From contig RBNJ01000147.1 in assembly GCA_003990765.1 (NCBI GenBank), positions 1-39,243 on the forward strand: 39,243 nt of DNA, in the 5' to 3' direction. Positions 23,243 through 36,155 of this stretch are shown here, one piece after another. Position 1 is the first letter of the stretch; every line of letters begins with the position of its first letter. The position numbers and the translations under genes were made by a program. Below the pieces are notes generated by a model, which made no database searches, had not been told where the DNA came from, and was given only the letters and a program-made list of their open reading frames with translations. This stretch comes from Jimgerdemannia flammicorona. Its lineage: Eukaryota.

Positions 23243-25281
23243 TGTAAGCACACAATCTCCAAGCTACTGAAACCACATGTTACCTGCTGAATAAACCACC
23301 AAAATCACATGTAATCTCCAAACAAATCTGGAAATCATCTGCATGATCACAAAGCTGAGTCAATATGAAGTCATGGAATATAAGATTTACACAAACAGAA
23401 ATCTTACTAATCAGGACCAAATGCATATATACTGAGTACTGAGACACATCAAAATAGAGAACCAAAACAATCAACAAACCACAACTTCTGAACATATACA
23501 ATCATGATCACTGAGATCTATAACTGTATCTGTGCTGACATTTGGAATGCCATTGTCAACTGAGCCACACCCCCTCTGCTCCTCATAAATATCCATAGTC
23601 TAGCACCCCTCTACTTTGTGGAAGCCCAATGAAATGCCCTGAACATACTTAGTGAGGTCTACTGAATCAGACAAATCTCAAGCTACTACCAGATCAGCCA
23701 CCTTCTAGAAGACATGATCAAACACTACCACAATATAGACATCACTCAGATATCTCAACACTAGAAACTCATTGCCTGCAAACACCAAGAACTCTTTTAT
23801 GAGTATAGCACCATTATTCCCTGTCTCTGAGTTACTACTAGCAAAATTGTTACTACTCTTTCCTATGACCAAATTGATGATATAATACAAGAACTCAACC
23901 ACAAGTATCTTGAGTATATTCAGACTATAGACAGAACTTTCTCACACCTTGATGACCACATCCTGCAAATGCCTCAAGTCAGATATACCATGAAGGATAT
24001 CTATGATATAATTCAATTTGATGAAGATGAAGTAGAGAATAATAATCCCTCAGATACCGACATAATCTTAAGCCAAGGATCTCTGCCAACCCTAATCACA
24101 CTACCAACCTTGCTGATGAACTTACAATAGTTCATAACCATATATGATACTTATTGGAATAATGTGAATACTAATCTGCATTCACCCCTAATTACTTCAA
24201 CTACAATGAAGAGACTGGAGAACACAACCTGTACCTTCAGACAACCCTTAAGATCGAACCAACCACTCTACTACCCAAGTATGAGTGACATGAACCACAG
24301 CTGCCAGCTTACTACAACCTTGTGACTCATAGTGCTATAACCTATAGAAGGTATACAGACAGTGAATCTGATGAAAGTGAAGATGATGCATCACTCCTTT
24401 ACCTACCAACTCTATATCTAGCATATGAGACAGATGATGCTATCCTATAGAATAGTGATGAAGTCCCAATGTATTACTATCTCAGTAAACAAGGAGAGTT
24501 AATCTATAAATAACTCTTCCTAGACAACTACTTCATCAGAGATAATACCATTGATGGTGATATTATCAAAGACTACTCAGATAGCATTTAAATCTATAAA
24601 TAGTTTAACAATCATAGTATAGTTAGATTAGCCTTATATGACATAACTGTGAACTGACTCAGCAGTCAGACAATCTCTTGATATGTCAGATCACACTTGT
24701 ACTACATGACTACATTCTGACTCAGGAAGGCACTAAGTGCTATATCTATATCTAGTATAGTCTAGATAGCCTCTCACTAGTATAAATACCCCCTCCTCCA
24801 AACCTCAGAATCTCAGACTTGAATACTTGAACAATCTGAACACAACTCCTGAGCACTTCCCCACAATATCCCTTTATACAACTACTCCTAATATAGTAAT
24901 ATATATCATGAATAGCGAATAAACCTATTTAATAACCCACAAACTACTCTTAAGTAAATCTGCTCTCTATTAGGTCTCACTCCTAACCCCATCATGAAAT
25001 TTTCTAATTGGGTATTGTCTGCAGTGATATGCCAATTAAACTAAGCTGGTCTTAGTTTCTTGAACTTCCTGAAATATGGAAACTCCTGAACATCCAGAAC
25101 TAGTCTGAAAAAGGACTTTGGTTGAGACATCAACCCAATCTTGAAATCAATAAACATAGAGGACATACTCTATACAAAATTGATCTTGACCTTAAGAAAA
25201 CAGTCTTTCAGAATATCCAGAACTTCTAGAAAACTCTTCTTGAACTATGTAATGGTTACCCTAAAAAGCAATCCTCTCACA
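23243..25281 (+). repeat. 5' LTR of copy A (2039 bp)
   Basis: TGTAAG...CTCACA; direct repeat of 31777..33844. Confidence 0.93.
23504..24591 (+). pseudogene. LTR(U3) ORF copy in A's 5' LTR (10 bp shorter, stops)
   Basis: Homologous to 1117..2214. Confidence 0.8.
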
Positions 25282-28200
25282 ACTTGGTAGTAGTAGTTTA
25301 TAATCCAATTCTGCTTCAAGATGCTTCCTCACCCCACTACAAACCTCTCTGCGAATTCCTATAAGTTGGTATAAAGCCCAACCTCTGAACTGGAATTTAT
25401 CCTGAACCATCTGATAATCTGGAGAGAATTGAACCTGATGTATAAGGACAATTTGATCTCCACACCTGCAACAAGTGGGACAAACTTCATTTGAAGAAAG
25501 AAATACTCCAGTTAAATCAGCAAATAGGTAAAACTCTATTTACCGAACTCCTTGCTCTACACCCAGTAAGTTAAGATGAAGAAGGTCTTATTGAAACCTT
25601 CTTTACTCTTCTCAATAAGAGTTTTGTCAGCTCTACAAATCTGAGTGACCTAGGATAACCATCAGCAGTCTTTCTAGCCTTAGTCCCTTAGAAAGCTCAA
25701 GCCTCTGTAGCTAAGTAACTCAACTCTACTGACTTTCACCATACCAGAACCAAGACTGCATTATACTACCAATTCCAGAACAGCAAGGCCTACCATATTC
25801 TTAAAGAAGAAGCAAGAGAAATTCTTCATCAACTATCTGACTCCAAACCAGAAGTAGGCCCTACTACAGCTCTACCTGAACCTGAAACCAATACTGAATC
25901 AGAACTTGACTTTGAATTAAGTCCATCCAAAATCAGATATACAACTGATTCTGTCTACTTTGACACTGAGCAAACCCAACTACATAGAGACCAAACCAAA
26001 GAGAAAGAGGAGTATCTCAGTGAATTCGATCCCAGATATACCACTGAAGGAGATGTACCTCCATTAGGACAGAATACACCTATACAGCAACAGACAGCTA
26101 TCTATCAAGCCCTTACTCTAGATCCACAACTATTACTCCAGCAACTTATATAGACCCAAAGAACCCCATTACACTCTGCACCAGTACCTCAAGTAGTACC
26201 AGTAATACTACTACTAATAGTCCAACTGCTCCCAGTAAATAACATAGTGAACCAACAGATTCTAGACCTCACAGCTCAGGTAGTGATAATGGTAGCAACC
26301 ATTACTGCCTTAGCCAAACAGACCCAACCTACCAAAAATCTGAGCCTACCTACCTTCAATGGTACTGCACAAGAAGTCCAAAGCTTCATTAGTATAGTTG
26401 ATACCAACTTTGAAGCCAATCAATAGACCAATGAGCGAGTTGCTGACTACCTTCTGATAAACAATCAAGACCATACTCTGGAACAACTCTTTGCTACCAC
26501 CACAGCCTATGTCCACCAAGTTGTTACATTCTTCCAAGGACCTGCTGAAGAATGGTAGCAAACTCTTTCTGAAAAACCCCTCACATAGGACACTCAACCT
26601 GCAGTAGTCGCTCAGAATGCAGCAAATAATACCCCAGGATATAGAGCCCATTCTGCAGCCCCTGGACTCAAATAACTCATAATTGCTCAATACCACAGCA
26701 AAACTATAATTGCTGAATCTCAAGTAAAACTCTACAATCTCAAATTTGATATACATGGCAAAGAAGAATTTGAAACCTTCTGTACAAAACTTGAGTTACT
26801 TCTGAACACTATTGGTCTAGGATATATTACCAATGATGAAGCACAAAATAATACAAGAGTGGACCATTTATTCAATGCTCTACCTGAATGGCTTACTAGA
26901 AAAATCTGAGAACAAGGCTGCCCAGTTAGTTGTGATTACCAATAATGATGCCTGGCAAGAATCAAGACTATGGTCAAGTGAATCCTGACAGCTAGACCAA
27001 TTCTGCCCCAAAGACAATTCAATAACAAGGAAAAGACTTAGACTAAGAAAGAAGAACCCAAGCATGAAGTATCCTGAGCTCCCTCTACATCCACCTCTTG
27101 GACACCCAGAAATCACAAACCCACTCAGCCAAGTACCTTTAAAAAACTCACCAAAGGAGAAAGGAATGAACTTTGAAGAAGCAGAGCATACTTCTATTAC
27201 CGAAAGACAGGATATATGGCCAGTGCCTGCCCTAACCAAAAACCCTGAACAGCAATATGAGCAACTGTTACTACTCTATATCACCTCAATAATCTGACTA
27301 CCAGAACACTGAACTTTGTCAAGTTAAGACAAACTGCTAAGGCCCCAATTAAAAGAAGTCAAAAGGCAGCTGGATATGACCTGTATACAGCCGAAGAAGC
27401 TACAGTTTCCAACTGAGAAGTCAAACAAATCTACATAGGAATCAGCATACAAATCCCTGAAGGACATGTTGGAAGAATATGCTGTCACAGCAGCCTAGTA
27501 TTGAAAGAACTCTCAGTAGAAGGAAGAGTTATTGACAAAGATTACACAGGTGAAATTATTGTCCTCATCTGAAACCATAGTTGGACACTCTTCAAGATCC
27601 TCATTGGTTTCTGTATTGCTCAGATCCTATTCGAAAAAATTGAGTCAACCCTGACAGTCAAGAAAGTTCCTGAACTACTGCCCACCATTTGAGGATCCAA
27701 AGGATTTGGCTCATCAAACAAGGCCCCAGCCCAATCTACCATGAACAAAGAAGAAGAAGATTAAAGATGGATATGTACCAAGTGGCCAATGTCCCCATGG
27801 CATTGGAATGTACTCTTCCCAAATAATTGATGATTGCTTCTTTTGTATCAATTAACTGGCTCAAAGAAGAACCAATAGAAGAAAAGCTCCTATAACTGAA
27901 ATTACTACCATTGGATTAGACAAACTGCTTATACTTCAAGCTTTTATCAATCAAGTACCTGTCAAGATTATAATAGACAGTGGTGCCTCAGGCAACTTTA
28001 TCAATGAAGAAACAGCCAACAGACTCAAGGTCTTCACCTCTCCAGTACAACAAACTCAAGTAGTTGTCACAGTTGATGGAACCTCTCATGTCATTAGCAA
28101 GGAAGTCCACAACTTGTCCTTCAGAATTGGTGACTACTGAGTATATGTTACCCTCCAGATTGTACCACTTCCTGACAATGAGATCATTCTTGGAACCCTA

Positions 28201-31200
28201 TGGCTGAAACAAGAGAACCCCATGATTGATTGGGTAAACCATTCTCTGACCATCAAGAAAGGATGTCATAACTTCAAACTGCAAAGTGAAAAGGACCCAC
28301 TCAACTCCAGTAACCCTGGACCAAAGATCACTCACATCAATAAGCTACAACTCAAGAAATTGGCCAAGAAATGCCCTCTTTTTGCTATCTCCATCTGCCC
28401 ATCCAAAGAAGAACCCAAGAACTCTGAAGAAGACTTTTCCAAAGTTGACAGCCATGTTAAACCTCTACTCTAGAAATTTCGAGATATATTTCCAAAGAAA
28501 CTTCTACAGAGCCTACCTCCTAAATGAGCAGTAAACCATATCATCAAGACCATCTCAGATGCCAAGCCAGCCTTCAAGTCAATCTACCACATGTCGCTAA
28601 GAGAAATTGATGCACTCAAGAAAGAAATCGATGAACTCCTAGAATAAGGATTCATCAGATCCAGTGTATCACCCTATGGTACACTAGTCCTCTTTGTTAT
28701 CAAGAAAGGAGGAGATCTGCAGATGTGCATTGATTACCAAGACCTCAATGAACAGACCATCAAGAACTGTTGCCCACTATCTAGAATCGATGAAATATTC
28801 AATAGACTCACCAACCCACAATTCATAAGCTCTTTTGATCTGCAAAATGGTTACTGGCAAATTACTATAAAAGAAGAAGACATCTACAAGACAGTCTTCC
28901 AAACCCACTATGGATACTTCAAGTTCCTGATTATGCCTTTTGGCTTAACTAACACTCCTGCAACCTTTTAGATACTAATGAACACCATCCTGCACTCATA
29001 CCTGGACAAATTTGTTGTTGTCTATATTGACAACATCCTAGTCTTCAGTAAAACTCTAGAAGAACATCTTGAACACCTTGAACTAGTACTACTGAAACTC
29101 CAGGAAAACTGACTCTTTGCAAAACTTAGCAAATGTGAATTTCTCCTGAAAGAAATCTAATTCCTTGGACATATTTTCACACCAAATAGAATCAAAGTAG
29201 ACCTCAGCAAAATCTCTACAATCAAAGATTGGCCCAGACCCAAGAAGCTGAAAGACCTCCAGTTATTCCTGGGATTAGCAAACTATTATAAGTGATTTAT
29301 TGCCAACTTCACCAAAATCGCCACTGCTCTCACCCAAATGACCAAGTATAGCAAGAAAGAAGAATGGCCCTGGATCATAAAATAGGAGAAAGACTTCAAC
29401 AATCTTATAAATTGGGGACCTAAACAAGATACAACCTTTCAAGCATTGAAAGATGTCTTGATAACTACTCTGGTACTTCAAGCAGCAAATTCTGCCCTAC
29501 TATATAAAGTTACATACTACTGATACCTCTGATCTAGCCCTTAGAGCAGTGCTTATGTAAGAAGGACACCCTGTGGCCTATTACTCTCGTAAGTTCAATG
29601 ATACCAAAATTAACTATATAACTCACAAGAAGGAAATATTAGCCATTGTAGACACTCTGATCAAATGGCAACTATATCTAGAAGGAGCATACTTCACCAT
29701 ACTGACTGACCACAAGTCATTAGTCAACATCAAGACTCAGGCTACCCTTTCTTGAAAGTAAGCCAGATGGATGAAAGTTCTCATCAACTTTAACTATGAA
29801 ATCCAGCATCACTCTGGTAAGGAAAATATTGTTGCTGATGCAATCTCGAGACCATCAATTAAAGAAGTTATCCAAACTCTATTATGGAATAAATTATCAC
29901 AGTATGTACTGATGATAAAGAAGCTTAAGTACTCTGAGAAATTCTAAATAGTAACAATGCTGACAAGTATACCCACTATAACCAATACCAACTGAAGGAT
30001 AATACTATCTACTACAAGAACAGACTATATATCCCAAACAACTGAGACCTCCAAAGGACTATCCTATTCGAATGTCATGATGCCTCTACAGCTGGACATC
30101 TAGGATTTGACAAATGCTATGAAGTTATCTTCCAAAACTTCTATTGGCCCTACATGGCAGATCAGCTAAAGACCTACATCACTTCCTGTGATGCCTGCCA
30201 ATGGAACAAGTTCTCAACACTAGCAAAACCTAGCCTACTCCACTCTATCCTGGTACCATCTGCTAATTGGAAATAAATCTCTATGGACTTTATTGTACAA
30301 CTACCCCAAACTAAGAATGGAAAAGATGCAATTGTTGTCTTTGTAGACTATCTCAGCAAACAAGCCCACTTTGTGCTAACTACCACTACTGCAACAGCAC
30401 CAGACATAACTACACTCTTGTTTGACAACATCTTCCGCTATTATGATCTTCCTAAGATTATTGTTAGTGACTAAGATCCGAAATTCACCAGCCATTTTTG
30501 GAAAGCCCTCTATACATACCTTGGAACAAAGCTCACACTATCTACAGCCTTTTACCCTAAAACAGATGGCCAAACTGAAAGAATGAACCAAATACTGGAA
30601 CAAATGCTAAGGAACTATGTTTTCTACAGACAAGATGACTGGCATGAACATCTCACTACAGTCAAGTTTGCTTATAACAATAGCAAGCAAGCCTCTCTTG
30701 GAATGACTCCATTCTTTGCCAACACTGGACAAAACCCAAACACCCCTCTGATATTTATCTAAACTACTGATAAACCCTCCACTGTTGAAGCTATTGAAGA
30801 ATTCCTGCTCCAAATGCACAATCTAAGCCAGATTGTAATTGAGAACTTATCACAAGCTCAAGAACAACAGTCACAGTATGTTAACCAGTACTACTGAGAG
30901 GAAAATTTTAACATTGGAGAAAAAGTTCTATTGGACATCTGAGAATACCGAGTTGATAACCTCAAGTACAGACTATCTACAAAACTAAACAGCAAGTTTA
31001 TTGGACCATTCAAAGTCATTATACAAGTCTCTCCAATCTTCTACAAATTGGTGCTATCAGATATCATTAAGGTCCACCCAGTCTTTAATGTTCAATGTCT
31101 CAAGTAATACAATGACAATGATAATGAACTATTCCCAAACCAAACTACAGAACCACCTGCACCTATCATTATTAATGACTAAGAAGAATAGGAAGTTGAA

Positions 31201-31350
31201 CAAATCCTCAATAAATGTGGACACAAGAACCATCCTGAGTACCTGGTTAAATGGAAAGGTTACCTAATCCAAGATGCAACCTGAGAACCCAAGACCAACC
31301 TCCAGAATACTACTGACTTAGTTCAGGAATATGATTTCTTGAACAACTAA
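25105..31350 (+). pseudogene. gag-pol: Copy A polyprotein: extension, Gag, dUTPase, PR, RT, RNase H, integrase, chromodomain (many stops)
   Basis: dUTPase at about 27309..27715; DSG at 27976; MCIDYQDLN...MPFGLTNTPATF; YIDNI at 29023; ECHDASTAGHLGFDKCY...CDAC; MDFIVQLP...IIVSD; chromodomain at about 31180..31350. Confidence 0.93.
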
Positions 31351-31413
31351 AACTGAATATCCACTACCTATCAGTATATACTATATATTACCCTTCCAAA
31401 CATTATAATTATC

Positions 31414-31781
31414 ATGAATAAAATCAAGAACTCAGTAAAAAAAGATATAGAATATTGACTCTTTGGAAATTAGCAAAACTGAAAGCAAGCCTATTCTCTC
31501 TATACCACTGGTGGGAAATGAGGTATAGATATTTAAGAAGATTCCTTAGAGGAAATTCTCTAGCAGTGAATGATGTCAGAACCACTTCTGGCATATGGTA
31601 TTGAACACATGAGCCTTTAACATGTGAATCTAATGTGTTAGGCAACTGTACTATAAGCATACCACTTTCTGAGAAAAATGAACTTTACCAGACTTTTGAC
31701 CTCTCAAATGGTATAACAATACTAGAACAAATTAGAAGACCCTAACAAGGATGTCAAAAGCTAAGAAGGGGAGAGTTGTAA
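31414..31781 (+). pseudogene. Putative small extra ORF between pol and the 3' LTR, copy A
   Basis: Homologous to 14414..14782. The frame runs through the PPT and stops at TTG TAA overlapping the LTR start. Confidence 0.45.
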
Positions 31782-33844
31782 GTGCACAACCTCCAAGCCA
31801 CTGAAACCACATGTCACTCACTGAACAAGCCACTGAAATTACATGCAACCTCCAAACAAATCTGGAAATCACCTGTATGATCATGAAGCTGAGTCAAACT
31901 GAAGTCACAGCACACAAAGCTGAGTCAATATGAAGTTATGAAACACAAGATTTATACAAACAGAATCTTATCAATCAAGATCAAATGTATATATACCAAT
32001 ACCGAGACATATCGAAACAGAGAACCAAAACAAACAACAAACCATAACTTCTGAATATACACAAACATAACTACTGAGATCTACAACTGTATCTGTACTG
32101 ACATTTGGAATGCCATTGTCAACCAAGCCACACCCTCTCTGCCCCTCATAAATATCCATAGTCTAGCACTCTTCTACTTTGTGGAAGCCTGATGGAATGC
32201 CCTGAACATGCTTAGTGAGGCCCACCAAATTGGACAAATCTCAAGCTACTATCAGATCAGCCACCTTCTAGAAGATATGATCAAATACCACTATGATACA
32301 GATATCACTCAGATGTCTCAATACCAGAAACTCATTGCCCACAAACACCAAGAACTCTTTTATAAGTATAGCACCATTATTCCCCATCTCCAAGTTACTA
32401 CCAGTGAAATGGTTACTACTCTTTCCTATGACCAAATTGATGATGATACAAGAACTCAACCACAAGTACCTTGAGTATGTTCAGACTACAGACAGAACCT
32501 TTCCACACCCTGATGATCACATTCTGCAAATGCCTCAAGTCAGATATGTTATGAAGGATATCTATGATATAATTCGATTTGATGAAGATGAAGTAGAGGA
32601 CAATGATCCCTTGGACACTGATATAACCTCGAGCCAAGGATCTCTACCAACCCTGATCACACTGCCAACCTTACCAATGAACTTACAACAGTTCATAACC
32701 ACATACAAGACTTATTGGGATAATGACTACTGGTATGAATACCAACCCACATTTACCCCCAATTACTTCAACTACAATAAAGAGACCAGAGAACACAACC
32801 TATACCTTCAGACAACTCTTGAGATTGAACCAACCACTCTACCATCTGAGTATGAGCAACATGAACTACAGCTGCCAGCTTACTATAACCCCATGACTCA
32901 TAGTGCTGTAATCTATAGAAGGTATGCAGACAGTGAATCTGATGAAAGTGAAGATGATATACCACTCCTTCACCCACTAACTCCATATCCAGCATATGAG
33001 ACAGACAATACTATCCTATGAGATGGTAACAAAGTTCTAATATATTACTACCTCAGCAAATAAGAAGAGTTAATCTGCAAACAACTCTTCCTAGACAACT
33101 ACTTCATCAGAGATGATACTATTGATAGTGATGTCATCAAAGACTACCCAGATAGCATCTAAATCTATAAATAGTTTAGCAATCATAGTATAGTTAGATT
33201 AGCCTTATATGACATGACTGTGAACTGACTCAGCAGTCAGACAATCTCTTGACATGTCAGATCACACTTGTACTACATGACTGCATTCTGACTCAGCAAG
33301 GCACTAAGTGCTATATCCACATCTAGTATAGTCTAGATAGCCCCTCACTAGTATAAATACCCCCTCCCCCAAACCTCCAAATCTCAGACTTGAATACTTG
33401 AACAATCCAAACACAACTTCTGAGCACTTCCCCACAATATCCCTTTATATAACTACTTCTAATATAGCAATATCATGAATAGCGAATAAATCTATTTAAT
33501 AACCTATAAACCATTCTTAAGTAAATCTGCTCTCTGTTAGGTCCTACTTCTAACCCTATTATGAAATTTCCTAATTAGGTATTGTCTGCAGTGATATGCC
33601 AATTCAACTAAGCTGGTCTTAGTTTCTTGAACTTCCTGAAATATGGAAACTCCTGAACATCCAGAACTAGTTCGAAAAAGGACTTTGGTTGAGATGTTAA
33701 TCTGATCTTGAAATCAATAAGTATAGAGGACATACTCTATATGAAATTGATCTTGACCTTAAGAAAACAGTCTTAGAATATCCAGAACTTCTAGAAAACC
33801 CTTCTTGAACTATATAATGGACCCTAAAAAGCAACCCTCTTACA
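31777..33844 (+). repeat. 3' LTR of copy A (2068 bp)
   Basis: Follows the PPT AAGAAGGGGAGAG, ends CTTACA, and is followed by the TSD. Confidence 0.93.
32067..33162 (+). pseudogene. LTR(U3) ORF copy in A's 3' LTR (ATG mutated to ATA, 2-bp deletion)
   Basis: ORFs 32208..32474 and 32293..33021 are the two frameshifted halves. Confidence 0.82.
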
Positions 33845-33849
33845 ATAGT

Positions 33850-34413
33850 AATATAAAAAGAATATTACAATAAAATATTAAGATAGTTATTAATAAAAAT
33901 ATTATTACTACTGTGAAAATTTTCTTTATAAATTATATCAAAGTTTATAAATTACCTAGCCTAGTTAGAAATATTAATCAAGTTATATAATTAATTATCT
34001 TTTTACCTATAGAAATAAGATATAAATCTATTTACTATAATTTCTTAGCTGGTCTGGAAAAAGATAATACTCTATACATACTAAAATAAAATATCTTCTA
34101 TAAATTGTAGTATTAGCTAACTTTACATATTCAAATTATAAGTCCCAAAACAGATTTATATAATATATCAATACTTATAAAATAACTTGTGATTTAATAT
34201 TTATAAAGAAGAAGAGGTCTAAGATTTATTAAAGAGATATAAAGAGTATCTTGCTAAAGCTAAGTTAGAATAAAACTATTATAATAGAAATATTAAGTTA
34301 GTAGAAGAATAAAGAAAACTTATTAATCAGAATTATTCTATACTGAATGATAAGATATCATATTGTAGTATTGATACTATTACTCATTATAGTTACAACT
34401 GAGTGCAAAATAT

Positions 34414-34457
<44 letters not shown>

Positions 34458-34705
34458 GCAAAATATCCATATACCTTATTCAGATCAATAGATTAGTAAG
34501 ATATATTATCTTAGTACTTATAAAGTGCACTTGTTCAGTAACTAGGATAAAGCAGTATATAAATAAATTAATTATATTCTTGATGAGAATAAGCTTCTTA
34601 GAAATGGTCTAATTGATATACTTAGTCTAGTCTTTAATAAAATTAAGTAATTAAATAAAAAAGAGAACTATTTGAATATTACTTATAATAATGTAAGTAG
34701 ATTTA
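33850..34705 (+). pseudogene. Fragment 3 of the decayed DDD-type (Sola-like/DUF7869-like) transposase
   Basis: Translates as IQIISPKTDLY, DLLKRYKEYLAKAKLE, THYSYN*VQNIHIPYSDQ*ISKIYYLSTYKVHLF and YLNITYNNV. Reversing G-to-A changes gives P.TDLC, YDWxQNxxxP and CDN motifs as I recall them for this family. Confidence 0.55.
34402..34467 (+). mobile_element. Poly(A)-only retroposed insertion (about A40) with 13-bp TSD
   Basis: AGTGCAAAATATC at 34402..34414 and 34455..34467 flanks the A run. Confidence 0.82.
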
Positions 34706-35691
34706 ATATTATTAAATTAAATAAAGCTTAATATTATAATAATAGTGAAGGTTTTCAATATTATACTATTATAAGTAATTTAGAAACTTATTTCAAGAAA
34801 CTATCTAATATACAAAAGTTTCAACATTTTTTTTTTTTAGTAATTCTAATCTCAGTATAGTCAAAACTTAAGAAGTTATAAATAGTCTATTTCAAGAATT
34901 CAAACTATTAAAAAGTAGTAAATCTAAAACTTTAAAAGTTATAGAAAAAATCAAGACCTTGTCATTTTCAGTGCTAGTATTTTTTTCTATATAATTGAAA
35001 TATCAGAAATATTTTTATCATAATATTTGCCTACTTATCTAGAATAAATTCAAAGATATTACTTATCCAAAACTAATTTAATCTATACTGTTAATAAATA
35101 ATATATATATATATTATCAAAACTATAGAAATAAAAATTACATTAAGTCTCTTTGTACTTTTATAAATATTTAATATCTTTTAAGCTATTTCTTTTTTGA
35201 GAAACTAGTAAGAAAAATATAAAATTTGCAGAATACTTTAAAAGATTTTAAAATAAAGCAAAAATTATACTCTATAATCTTGATGGTTTTACTCTTAGTT
35301 CTAAAAATAAAATAAATGATAATCAGAACTGATGAAACTATTCCTATATTAATAAGAGTGATAAAAATGAGATAATTCATATAAAATCCCTATCTGACTA
35401 GAAAAAAAAATGAGAAATAAAGCAAAAAATCATTATAGTAATTAACCTGGTTTTTATAATTGTGTTTTTTTTCTTTCTATAGTTAAAGAACTACTACTAT
35501 TTTTAAAAGAAGATCTGATTGAATATTGATTATTTTAATAGTTACTATAAAAGAAAGATATCTTAATGATAATAGTAATCTCAAAAAAATTAAGAATATT
35601 GAGAAAACTTTTGATCATTTTTCTCAGTATAAATTGAAATTCATCTCAACTATCAAAGAAAATAATGGTTATTTTTCTTTAAGATGAGTGT

Positions 35692-36155
35692 TATAATAGT
35701 TCTAGTTTCTTTAAGAGGAAATAGCTAAGTCTGAAAGTTCTAGTTAGTCTAAAGTAGCTTAAAAAGATACTTAAAGGTTTAAGTATTCTTGAAGAATTTC
35801 TAAAAGAAAATATTCTAAGCTTTATTTAGATAGAGAACAAGGATATTTATATATGATCTGAAAGAAAGATTCAGAAGGATCTTGGAAAGAAAAAGAAATG
35901 TCAAGAAATAGGTTCTTGGCAAAGCTGACTAATATGATTCTACAATATTCTGAAAGATTCTATAACTAGCTAAGATAAGATACTTAATACCAAAAGAAGA
36001 CAAAAACGTTCTAGTGATGTCTGGATACCAAGAGAAGATTTCTAAGTAAGTAGAAGGTAGTGAAACATAGTAGAATATTCAAGAAATGATAAGAAAAGAC
36101 TAGCTAAAAGATACAAAAATATACTAAGATTAAATATAACTGTGAAATTGTTACA
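35692..36155 (-). repeat. LTR of E1 (about 464 bp)
   Basis: Direct repeat of 37160..37615; consensus termini TGTAAC...GTTACA. Confidence 0.8.

Larger units (their letters stand above)
23243..33844 (+). mobile_element. Ty3/Gypsy chromovirus family 1, full-length copy A (10,602 bp)
   Basis: TSD ATAGT at 23238..23242 and 33845..33849; two LTRs; PBS 25285..25296; PPT 31763..31775. Confidence 0.95.

Noticed and set aside
34403-34612. Poly-Lys protein ORF
   Set aside because: An artefact of the poly(A) insertion.
34706-35686. AT-rich stretch including ORF 35186..35380
   Set aside because: No motif I can support; probably decayed repeat sequence, left unassigned.
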